Source: a virus
Lineage: Duplodnaviria; Caudoviricetes
Length of the DNA: 50,898 nucleotides
Virus record (IMG/VR): IMGVR_UViG_3300017913_001906
Span: 1-50,898 of that record
Reading direction: 5' to 3' (one strand)
The translations under genes were made by a program, and so were the position numbers. Positions 39,227 through 47,599 of the stretch are shown here, piece after piece (within the stretch, counting starts at the first letter, position 1; each line of letters opens with the position of its first letter). Under the pieces are notes generated by a model. It searched no databases. It was not told the origin of the DNA and was given only the letters and a program-made list of their open reading frames with translations.

Positions 39227-40447
39227 ATGGCAGATCCAGTAGTAAATAGAATTAGGCTTATACCGCGCCCAAAAGATTTTCTCGATAGAAATATTGGTGC
39301 GAGTGGAGAGCTATATTATTCAAAAACAAGTTCAACAATACGTGCATATGATGGCGAAACACGTGGCGGAGCTGAAATTGTAAGTGAAGCAAATCTTGCA
39401 AGAACAACATCAAATGTAGGTATTGCAACTGTCAAACAAACTATAACAGTAGTTCCTGCCACAGGTAGTGATAGTGGTAACAAATACCAGATAGACGGAG
39501 TGTACAGACCGTCACTAGAACTTATAAAAGGCTACACATATATTTTCGATCAGTCAGATCAAACAAATTTATACTATCCGAATGGTGAAGGCACAACACT
39601 TAATATTCATCCTTTATTTTTTAGTGAAACAGAGGATGGTATACATGATAGCGCAGGCACATATTATGAAACAGGTGTTGAATATATACTTGACAATGAA
39701 AAAGTAACTAGAGACAAATATATTAAGGGGTTTGCTACGTCTACTGTACGTAGATCTATAATAACAGTCACAGCTGACACACCAACTAACTTGTATTACT
39801 TTTGTCAGTACCATAGTGGTATGGGTAAAAGTATTGAAACAACATCACCTGGCGGTGGAAGCGCAAGTGTAAGTGTAGGATCAAATGCTCCAGATGGACC
39901 TAGCTCAGGTAGTATATGGTTTAATAGTACAAACGGCAGATTGTATGTATATTTACAAGATGCAAATAACGATTTTTGGATACAACCATCATATCCTATT
40001 CCTTCATCCATACTAGATTTAGGGATAACAGACGGCACATCAGGACAAGTGCTAAAAACTGATGGTAATGGTAATTTTACTTTTGGAGATGGCGGTAGTA
40101 GCATTGGCGATCTTACAGTAACAGGAACAACGCTGACTAGTTCAGATTCAAGCGGAATAACTTTTACACCAGCTGTAACAATGCAAAGTGATTTAACTAT
40201 AGAAAATACACTGTATGCAGATTCAATTGAAACAACTGCAACAGGTGCACCTACATTAACAAGTGATAGTAGCATAAATTTGAGTGCGCAAGATAGAGTA
40301 ATTATTAACAAAAGTCCTATCCATCTTGCAAGCTACACAACTGCACAAAGAGATAACATAACTGCAATAAACGGAGATGTTGTTTACAACGAAGAAACAA
40401 ATAAATTCCAAGGATACGCAAACGGTTCTTGGGTAGATTTACATTAA
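39227..40447 (+). CDS. Virion structural protein with cupredoxin-like domain
   Basis: 406 aa. L.L.KG.TY.FDQSD, HPL.FS and LYYFCQYHSGMG give H...C-x2-H-x2-M. It also has fibre-type motifs (GSIWFNSTNGRLYVY, GQVLKTDGNG, YN..TNKFQGYANG.W). Confidence 0.7.
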   Translation: MADPVVNRIRLIPRPKDFLDRNIGASGELYYSKTSSTIRAYDGETRGGAEIVSEANLARTTSNVGIATVKQTITVVPATGSDSGNKYQIDGVYRPSLELIKGYTYIFDQSDQTNLYYPNGEGTTLNIHPLFFSETEDGIHDSAGTYYETGVEYILDNEKVTRDKYIKGFATSTVRRSIITVTADTPTNLYYFCQYHSGMGKSIETTSPGGGSASVSVGSNAPDGPSSGSIWFNSTNGRLYVYLQDANNDFWIQPSYPIPSSILDLGITDGTSGQVLKTDGNGNFTFGDGGSSIGDLTVTGTTLTSSDSSGITFTPAVTMQSDLTIENTLYADSIETTATGAPTLTSDSSINLSAQDRVIINKSPIHLASYTTAQRDNITAINGDVVYNEETNKFQGYANGSWVDLH

Positions 40448-40456
40448 GGATAGAAT

Positions 40457-42067
40457 ATGGCACTTAATTTTCCAGAAAATCCAGACATAGGCCAAGAGTA
40501 TTCCAGTGGCGGTAGAACGTGGCAATGGGACGGGACTGCTTGGAATATTGTAGGCACGTCGACAGGTGGTGGCGGTGGCGGACTTGCCATTGCTTTTGAT
40601 AAGATTGCTGTTGCAGGACAGAATAATGTTGTAGCCGAACAAGCTAGTGATACACTAACTTTTGTTGCTGGAACAAACATGACTATCACTACTGACTCTG
40701 CAGCTGATAGTGTAACATTTACAGCAGGCGGAAATAGTTTTACAACTATTGTACCGGATAGCGGTGCAAACATTGTCGCAGATAATGCCGCAGATGTTCT
40801 TACACTAACTGGCGGCACTAACATAAGCACAGTGGGCACAGCAGGGACAGATACTTTGACAATCAATATGGATGCATTTAGTATTGATTTTTTGAGTGAC
40901 GTTGATACTACAACAACTCCTCCTGCTACAGGACAAGTTTTAAAATGGGATGGCGGCAAATGGGCTCCTGCTACTGACGTAGCTGAAGGCGGAACAGGCC
41001 TAGATGCTGATACACTAGATGGACAAGATGGGTCGTATTACCTAAACTATAATAACCTAAACAACAAACCAACTATATTACAATTAGATGCGCTTAGTGT
41101 TGGTCCTGAAGGAACAGCAGATGGCAACGGTAGTATTTCTTACAACAACACAACAGGTGTGTTTACGTATGTGCCACCAGATCTGTCAACATATATTCAG
41201 CAAGGTGGTGTTAGTTTTGCTGACCTAACAGGCAAGCCAACTACTATATCTGGATATGGTATTACTGATGCATTTAGCGGTGCATATGCAGACTTGACAG
41301 GTAAACCTACTATACCTGCCAACACAAGTGATCTTGTAAATGACAGCGGTTTTATAACAGGCATAGGTGGATTAAGTGTAGATGCACTTAGTGATGTTGA
41401 TACAACAACTTCAGCACCTAGCACTAATGATGTACTACAATGGAACGGCACAAATTGGGTTCCTGCTGTTGTATCCGGTGGAGGTGGAGACGCTAACCAA
41501 AATGCATTTTCAAATATTGCTGTATCAGGACAGAGTACTGTAGAAGCAGATTCAGCAACAGATACACTCACGCTTGTAGCTGGAACAGGCATATCACTCA
41601 CAACAAATGCAAGCAATGATAGTGTTACAATTACATCATCAGGTAGTAGTGTAGCATTTACAGACTTGACAGATTTACCAAGTGGATGGACAATTGATAG
41701 GATTGCATATCCTGCAATAACAAGTTTAGAAACTACAAACAATGGTGCAACTGCATATACATTTGATCAGTATACAGGAAACAATCCAACCATATATTGT
41801 ATCAGCGGTACTACTATAGCATTTAGATTAAATGTTGGCGGACATCCGTTTGAGATACAAGATGGCTCAGGCACTGCATATAACAGTGGATTAGTTCATG
41901 TATCAACAAGTGGAGCAGTAAGCACAGGTGCAAGTGCGCAAGGTAAAACAAGTGGAACACTATACTGGAGAGTACCATATGGAATAAGTGGCGGCTATAG
42001 ATATCAATGTACAGTTCACTCTGCTATGGTAGGTGCGATTACAGTTAAAGCGTTTAATGCAATCTAA
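40457..42067 (+). CDS. Tail fibre-like protein with C-terminal cupredoxin-like domain
   Basis: 536 aa. It has repeats F..I.V.GQ..V.A....DTLT.VAGT (x3), L.DVDTTT..P....VL.W.G..W.P (x2), DADTLDG.DG.YYL and DLTGKPT. The C-terminus reads GHPF.I...YRYQCTVHSAMVG.I.V. Confidence 0.75.
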   Translation: MALNFPENPDIGQEYSSGGRTWQWDGTAWNIVGTSTGGGGGGLAIAFDKIAVAGQNNVVAEQASDTLTFVAGTNMTITTDSAADSVTFTAGGNSFTTIVPDSGANIVADNAADVLTLTGGTNISTVGTAGTDTLTINMDAFSIDFLSDVDTTTTPPATGQVLKWDGGKWAPATDVAEGGTGLDADTLDGQDGSYYLNYNNLNNKPTILQLDALSVGPEGTADGNGSISYNNTTGVFTYVPPDLSTYIQQGGVSFADLTGKPTTISGYGITDAFSGAYADLTGKPTIPANTSDLVNDSGFITGIGGLSVDALSDVDTTTSAPSTNDVLQWNGTNWVPAVVSGGGGDANQNAFSNIAVSGQSTVEADSATDTLTLVAGTGISLTTNASNDSVTITSSGSSVAFTDLTDLPSGWTIDRIAYPAITSLETTNNGATAYTFDQYTGNNPTIYCISGTTIAFRLNVGGHPFEIQDGSGTAYNSGLVHVSTSGAVSTGASAQGKTSGTLYWRVPYGISGGYRYQCTVHSAMVGAITVKAFNAI

Positions 42068-42333
42068 GAATTAAGAGAATCTTTAATATATAAGTCTAAG
42101 CCACTTCTTAATGAAGCAAGCATTTCTTTTTGTTCTGCTATCAATTTAATATTGTGTATAAATCCACTGTCTATAGAGTGTGCTTTGTCAATTTCTAAAA
42201 CAAGGTCACGTATATTATCCAACATTCCAAATGCACGAGAACGTTTTTCTTGCGAATCTATTGTCTTAATTCTGTCAGTAAATTCTTTTACATCTTTTCT
42301 AAATTGATCTGATTCGTAAAGTTTATTAAGCAT
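42064..42333 (-). CDS. Hypothetical helical protein
   Basis: 89 aa, last gene of the minus-strand neck operon. Confidence 0.6.
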   Translation of the reverse strand: MLNKLYESDQFRKDVKEFTDRIKTIDSQEKRSRAFGMLDNIRDLVLEIDKAHSIDSGFIHNIKLIAEQKEMLASLRSGLDLYIKDSLNS

Positions 42334-42335
42334 AG

Positions 42336-42692
42336 TTACTCCGAAAGATAATATATATCTTCTTCTCCAGTAGTATTACTTACTTCTGTTAGAGAACTTT
42401 TATCTTCTAGTGCAATTAATTGAACAGGTTGTAATGCTTTTGCTCTATATGTATAGCCTTCTGCCAGTTCTGCTTCTAATACTTCTGCATTAGAAGTGTT
42501 TACCCAACGCACTTTAAATTTACCAGTGTTTACAAACCATACACGTTCCTTTTCTCTATGGAAATGTAATAGTGTCTTGTTCTCGGCTTTTTCAAACACT
42601 AATATTTTGCCATTAAATTGACTATGTGTAGCCCATTCTAAACTGTATCCCCAGGAATACTTAGTTATTCCTGAATTCTTATCGTCGCTCAT
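42336..42692 (-). CDS. Cupin domain protein (mannose-6-phosphate isomerase type II C-terminal-like)
   Basis: K.WG, K.L.F, LHFH..K...W.V..G, L.ALE.S...EVS. The second cupin His appears to be missing. Confidence 0.6.
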   Translation of the reverse strand: MSDDKNSGITKYSWGYSLEWATHSQFNGKILVFEKAENKTLLHFHREKERVWFVNTGKFKVRWVNTSNAEVLEAELAEGYTYRAKALQPVQLIALEDKSSLTEVSNTTGEEDIYYLSE

Positions 42693-43126
42693 TCTATCTC
42701 CATTAAATCTACAACTTTGAAAACTGTCTCAAGTTTACTTAGATTAACTTTATTTGTAAGTGTATTTTTTAATCCGTTGTGTAGAGGCTTTGGCCAACAA
42801 TTAAATGCACACCATGCGTAACCATTATGTTCGTTGTTTAATTGTGGTAAGAATTCTTTATCAACTACACACAAATACGTATGGAATTTGAATTGTTCGT
42901 CATTGCTAACAAACGTTTCTAAAGGAATAGTTTTCTTGATTTCAATTTCGCCTATTTCTTCACGTATTTCTCTTTTAAGTCCTTCCCAAGGAGTTTCAGT
43001 ACCTTCATTTGTACCGCCAACAAGACCCCATGTACGGTTAGTCTTGCCGTTAACTCTGTGTAGGAATAAAAATCTACGGGTGTCAAGCGTGTATATAATT
43101 GCACCACTGCAAACTATTTCTTTCAT
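42689..43126 (-). CDS. NUDIX hydrolase
   Basis: The likely start is 43126 (MKEIVCSG). It has the Nudix box GG..EGTETPWEGLKREIREEIG. Confidence 0.85.
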   Translation of the reverse strand: MKEIVCSGAIIYTLDTRRFLFLHRVNGKTNRTWGLVGGTNEGTETPWEGLKREIREEIGEIEIKKTIPLETFVSNDEQFKFHTYLCVVDKEFLPQLNNEHNGYAWCAFNCWPKPLHNGLKNTLTNKVNLSKLETVFKVVDLMEIE

Positions 43127-43134
43127 ACAAATAG

Positions 43135-44574
43135 TTAGCCTTCTAATGCTAGGCGCCACGTTCCTCTTGGATAAAGACCATCAACACTCTTAAGCCAATC
43201 TGTACCGTCCCAACGATACTGTACATTTGTTGTTAGATTAGTCGTATATGTAATATCTTTTGTAACACTTGCATCGAATACAACCTGCCATTTACTACCA
43301 GTCCATTCAATAATATCATTTGCACTTGCTACAAGATCGTCACCATTAGATGCTTTCCATGCATCTGCACCATCATCATTATCACCATCACCTATATCAG
43401 CAAGTAATAGTATTCTTGCACCATCTGCCTTTAAATTACTAGGATTACTTTTTGTTGGATCAATAATGTAGTCTATGCTTGTGTAACTGTTAGTATCTCT
43501 TGCTGGCCCACTTATAACACTGTTGCTAGGAAAACTATCTGTGTCCCAATTCACAATAAGTTGTCTTGGGTTGAGCTCATTTACTGCAATAGTGCCTGTA
43601 ATACTTGAATCTGTATCAAGTTTTGTAAGATAAATTCTACTTATATCTGCTTGGTATTGTCCTGGATGCGCACTTAGTAAGTCATCCCAGTTTACTCCAC
43701 CAACATTACCTCTATGAACAAGTTGTACAACATTATTATCTACGTATGCACCATAATTTCTGTGTGTTGTTGTAACAACTGTTGATTCAACATCAGTGTT
43801 AATATCTCTATCAGTGTCATTGCCTTCGCTTACTGTACCAACTTTTATGCTGTCATCCCAACGATTTAAATCAGGGCCACTTAACCCTAGTTCAATATCA
43901 CCTTTAGACTCATCAAATATACTTGTTATGATATTTGCAATTACACCTAAACGCTTAACTTTTACAGGAGGTGAAATATAAATTGGTGTTGTAAATGTCA
44001 TGTCAGCAACATCTATTTCACTGTCTACGCCTACCGGAATACTTCTACTGCTAAAAGTTACCGAATCTAAATTTACAACACTTAGACTTGTCCAATCAAC
44101 GTAGTTGTCTGTTGTTTGTATTTCTAAACTTGGATTGAAAAGAGTAAGTATTTGTTCTAAAATCTGTAATTTTTGCTCTGTGTTGGTGCTCCAAATATCA
44201 ACTTTCATAGTTAAATTATATGGTGTGGGCATTAATCGTTCTACTGTGTAGTTTTTGCCTTGATAGTTTAGATACTCCTGGCCGTCTGCATCATATGCAC
44301 GTTCACGTATGTTAAGTTTGTTTACATAACTGCTATCACTTGTGCGTGTTCTGTCCATTTCTAAGCCAGTAACATAAACACTCATTCTAGGCGCACTAGG
44401 TATTTTATTTTCACTGTTGTCACGAATAATACTTGATACCATACGTGTCATATCACCATACATTACAGGAATTTGTTTCAACTCACCGTCACCGTCTTTG
44501 TAACTGAAGTTACTCATAAGGCGGATCATCTGTGTAATGTAACGTCTAATCTGTCCGTCATAAAAATGTTGCAT
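43135..44574 (-). CDS. gp15: Tail terminator / sheath stabilizer (T4 gp15-like) with C-terminal extension
   Basis: HFYD..IRRY..Q...F, PV.YG, PRMS, P.PYNL....DIW......LQILEQIL..FNP, F.....I.PP; neck-gene context. Confidence 0.75.
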   Translation of the reverse strand: MQHFYDGQIRRYITQMIRLMSNFSYKDGDGELKQIPVMYGDMTRMVSSIIRDNSENKIPSAPRMSVYVTGLEMDRTRTSDSSYVNKLNIRERAYDADGQEYLNYQGKNYTVERLMPTPYNLTMKVDIWSTNTEQKLQILEQILTLFNPSLEIQTTDNYVDWTSLSVVNLDSVTFSSRSIPVGVDSEIDVADMTFTTPIYISPPVKVKRLGVIANIITSIFDESKGDIELGLSGPDLNRWDDSIKVGTVSEGNDTDRDINTDVESTVVTTTHRNYGAYVDNNVVQLVHRGNVGGVNWDDLLSAHPGQYQADISRIYLTKLDTDSSITGTIAVNELNPRQLIVNWDTDSFPSNSVISGPARDTNSYTSIDYIIDPTKSNPSNLKADGARILLLADIGDGDNDDGADAWKASNGDDLVASANDIIEWTGSKWQVVFDASVTKDITYTTNLTTNVQYRWDGTDWLKSVDGLYPRGTWRLALEG

Positions 44575-45734
44575 TAGTTGTCTGCCTTAGGTCTTAGTGC
44601 TTTTGATAGTGATTGACGTTCTTTGGTTTCTTCACCACCGATTTCACTAGTTCTAGTATTGTTAATAAATCCAGTCTTTTGTGTATTTCTTGAATTTGTA
44701 TTTGAAAGTGTTACTCTTACATCGTCTTGTACTTTCACCCATCTATTTCCATTATATTTAAATAAGCGTTTTGGCATAAAATCAGTCCTTAAAAAATAGT
44801 CACCATCTTGGTTATTAGTAGGAAAACTTATTCCCATACCATATGGAGCACCATTAGGCGAATCACTTGTGCCAAGTAGATAACCATTATAGCCTGCTCT
44901 ATCAGGATTGTCAGTTTGGGAGTCTACAGGTGTAAGTCCACTTGCATCTATTTCACCTGAGTCAGCAGTTTTCAATGCAACACTGCCGTCATCATTAGTT
45001 GCAAGTGTATAATAATGACTTATGTCATAACCACTTTTAGCTGCATCTGCTTCTGCTTGATCTACTACTGCATTATTGATTTGCATTTCTTGTTCATATG
45101 TAGAAAGTAAATCACGTAGTGTGTTACCGCCTGGCGTATCTTCTTCTGCAGGTAAATCAAGTATTTCTTTAAATTCTTGTCCGTCGTAAATCTGTTTTAA
45201 CTTTAATCTATATAAATGCGGATACCATGTCATTGAAAAACCTTCTGCTGCTCTGTTGACATCCTCAATTACATAGAAACGTTTCAACGCCATTGTATAA
45301 TCATTGAGTGCATATTCATCTTTTAGATGCGGTAGTTCAATAACATCACCTGGCATTGGTTTTCTACCAAGTGTTTTTACACTGCTATTAATATGAACTG
45401 TCATAAACAGTGTATCATTACTTAAAAATAATCCAAACTGACTAAGATCAAAATCTATATCCTGAACATTGTATATGGCTCGCATATTGTATATGTCTGG
45501 ATCATATTTTCTGTCTCTGTTTTCTAAGAATAACATATCTTGTATGTTTGTTTCTTTGACAGCATTGTAATGAGGTTGATCAGCTGTAGCGTCACTCTCT
45601 GATGTATTCTTTGGACCTAAATATTTGTGTACATTGATATCTGTACCGCCAAAAGTAAACATTTCAAGGACTTGTTTGTCAATGAATTCGTAATCTCGTG
45701 TTTTTTCAGGTCTGTATAATGATATTCTTGGCAT
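44574..45734 (-). CDS. gp14: Neck / head-closure protein (T4 gp14-like) with C-terminal extension
   Basis: The likely start is 45734 (MPRISLY). It has FDLSQFGLFL.ND, GRKP..GDVIELPH, F.V.EDV and WYPHL.R.K, and is adjacent to the gp13- and gp15-like genes. Confidence 0.6.
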   Translation of the reverse strand: MPRISLYRPEKTRDYEFIDKQVLEMFTFGGTDINVHKYLGPKNTSESDATADQPHYNAVKETNIQDMLFLENRDRKYDPDIYNMRAIYNVQDIDFDLSQFGLFLSNDTLFMTVHINSSVKTLGRKPMPGDVIELPHLKDEYALNDYTMALKRFYVIEDVNRAAEGFSMTWYPHLYRLKLKQIYDGQEFKEILDLPAEEDTPGGNTLRDLLSTYEQEMQINNAVVDQAEADAAKSGYDISHYYTLATNDDGSVALKTADSGEIDASGLTPVDSQTDNPDRAGYNGYLLGTSDSPNGAPYGMGISFPTNNQDGDYFLRTDFMPKRLFKYNGNRWVKVQDDVRVTLSNTNSRNTQKTGFINNTRTSEIGGEETKERQSLSKALRPKADN

Positions 45735-45739
45735 ATACA

Positions 45740-45760
45740 TATTTATCGTAACGATAAATA
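45740..45760. promoter_or_regulatory. Perfect inverted repeat forming divergent late promoters (TATTTATCGT-A-ACGATAAATA)
   Basis: Two 10-bp arms with a 1-nt spacer. Each arm reads ACGATAAATA towards gp14 (minus) or gp13 (plus). Confidence 0.75.
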
Positions 45761-45777
45761 CTATTGGAGAAAGATTT

Positions 45778-46536
45778 ATGGCCAGTCTACAAACTAAAAA
45801 ACAAGAAGTGTTTGATTACGTATATGCATTACTAGGCGGCGGCATGGTTGACGTCGAGCTAGATCCAGTGCATTATGAAACTGCACTCACAAAAGCATTA
45901 ACAAGATTCAGACAACGTTCTGACAACAGTGTAGAAGAAAGTTATGTATTTCTTGAACTTGTAGAAGATCAAAATGATTACATACTACCAAATGAAGTAG
46001 TAGAAGTTCGTCAAGTATATAGAAGAAGTATTGGTTCACGCACAGGTAGCGGCGATGGCGGATCATTATTCGAACCGTTCAACTTAGCATACACAAATGC
46101 TTATCTACTCAGCACACAGAACATGGGTGGATTAGCAACATATGATCTTTTTTCACAACGCCAAGAATTAGTAGGTAGAATGTTTGGTAGTTTTATTGAA
46201 TTCAAATGGAATCCAACTACACATAAACTAACATTGCTTCAGCGTCCTAGAGCTGAAGAAACTATCTTAATGGAGTGTTACAATTATCGTCCAGATGAAC
46301 AATTACTTGACGATTATCTAGCAAAACAATGGATCAAAGACTACACACTTGCAACATGTAAGTACATGCTAGGTGAAGCAAGAAGTAAGTTTGCTACTAT
46401 TGCAGGTCCACAAGGTGGCGGACAGATGAATGGTGATACTTTAAAAGGTGAAGCACAAGCCGAAATGGAAAAACTTGAAGCAGAAGTTATTCAACAAGTA
46501 GGTGGCGGCCAAGGATATAGTTTCACTATAGGCTAA
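45778..46536 (+). CDS. gp13: Neck / head-tail adaptor protein (T4 gp13-like)
   Basis: LG...VDVEL, W.K.Y.LA..K..LG..RSKF..I.GP.GG...NG......A..E...LE. Confidence 0.8.
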   Translation: MASLQTKKQEVFDYVYALLGGGMVDVELDPVHYETALTKALTRFRQRSDNSVEESYVFLELVEDQNDYILPNEVVEVRQVYRRSIGSRTGSGDGGSLFEPFNLAYTNAYLLSTQNMGGLATYDLFSQRQELVGRMFGSFIEFKWNPTTHKLTLLQRPRAEETILMECYNYRPDEQLLDDYLAKQWIKDYTLATCKYMLGEARSKFATIAGPQGGGQMNGDTLKGEAQAEMEKLEAEVIQQVGGGQGYSFTIG

Positions 46537-46543
46537 AAAACAC

Positions 46544-46572
46544 TTGACATTTCAACAATAATTTACTATAAT
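46544..46572 (+). promoter_or_regulatory. Consensus sigma70-type (early) promoter
   Basis: TTGACA (46544-46549), 17 nt, TATAAT (46567-46572), upstream of the dNMP kinase. Confidence 0.85.
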
Positions 46573-46595
46573 AATATGAACAAAAAGGATTTCGT

Positions 46596-47207
46596 ATGAT
46601 TATAGGTATGTGCGGTTTAATTGGTACTGGCAAAGATACAGTTGCTGATGTACTAGTTCGTGAATACAATTTCAAAAAAATTAGTTTTGCAGATAAACTT
46701 AAAGATGGTGTCGCTACTGTGTTTGGTTGGAACAGAAACATGCTGGAAGGTAAAACAGATGAAAGCAGAAAGTGGAGAGAAGCAACAGACAAATTTTGGT
46801 CTCAAGAAGTTGGAAAAGATATTACTCCTCGCCTTATTCTTCAGCTGTTTGGTACTGACTGTATGCGAAACGGATTCTTTGATGGGATATGGGTAAGTTT
46901 AGTAAAACAAGAAATACTTGCTGATCCTGACAATCATTACGTAATTCCAGATGTGCGTTTTGAGAATGAAGCACAAATGATTAAATCAATCAACGGTGAA
47001 GTTTGGCGCATACGCAGAGGCCCTGATCCGGATTGGTTTACACAATATGTAGAGAACAATGTTGTACCAAAATCTGTACACCAAAGCGAATGGCGTTGGG
47101 CAAAGTTAGATTTTGATCACGTAGTATATAATGATGATAGTATAGAAGCTCTTAGAAGTCAGGTATCAAGTCACCTTGCTTCCACTTCACACCTTGTTTC
47201 TGCATAA
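46596..47207 (+). CDS. gp1: Deoxynucleoside monophosphate kinase (T4 gp1-like)
   Basis: IIG.CG..G.GKDT P-loop, SFAD.LK, TPR..LQ..GT, VI.DVRF.NE, H.SE. Confidence 0.9.
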   Translation: MIIGMCGLIGTGKDTVADVLVREYNFKKISFADKLKDGVATVFGWNRNMLEGKTDESRKWREATDKFWSQEVGKDITPRLILQLFGTDCMRNGFFDGIWVSLVKQEILADPDNHYVIPDVRFENEAQMIKSINGEVWRIRRGPDPDWFTQYVENNVVPKSVHQSEWRWAKLDFDHVVYNDDSIEALRSQVSSHLASTSHLVSA

Positions 47208-47490
47208 TACGTTGGCAGTTAGCACAGATAGTTTTTAAGTTATTAGGAGAAGTGTTTAGTAGATTTCCGTCTATATGGAACACATTAAACTGTTCTTTGT
47301 GATGACTTGTAAATCCACATTTTTCACACTTATCTTTTTTCTCATATCCTGATAGTTTCCACTGAGGAATGCCTTTTCCTACCACACCATGCTTGTTGCA
47401 TGACTCACACTTTTTCCTATAGTATGTTTTGCCATTTCTTGTGTAGTTTATAGCCGCAGGACGTTGTCCACATATGCATAAAGGTCTCAT
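47152..47490 (-). CDS. Zn-finger / HNH-like protein
   Basis: CxC, CxxC, CxxC, then FHIDGN..N....NL...CANCQ. Confidence 0.7.
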   Translation of the reverse strand: MRPLCICGQRPAAINYTRNGKTYYRKKCESCNKHGVVGKGIPQWKLSGYEKKDKCEKCGFTSHHKEQFNVFHIDGNLLNTSPNNLKTICANCQRIMQKQGVKWKQGDLIPDF

Positions 47491-47555
47491 ATTGTATTTA
47501 CCGTACCTTTACCGCCCCTTTTCTTTGGTGTATTACACCGCAAAATAAAAATATT

Positions 47556-47565
47556 ACGATAAATA
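47556..47565 (+). promoter_or_regulatory. T4-type late promoter candidate (ACGATAAATA) for the sheath gene
   Basis: Same 10-mer as at 4681 and 45751, followed by SD AGGAG and the ATG at 47600. Confidence 0.7.
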
Positions 47566-47599
47566 ACTATAACAACTAATACCTTTAGGAGAAAATAAA

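Noticed and set aside
22859-45740. Track start positions 22859, 29333, 30751, 43159 and 45740
   Set aside because: They overlap upstream genes or promoter boxes. The downstream ATGs at 22937, 29447, 30778, 43126 and 45734 fit SD/coupling and family N-termini better.
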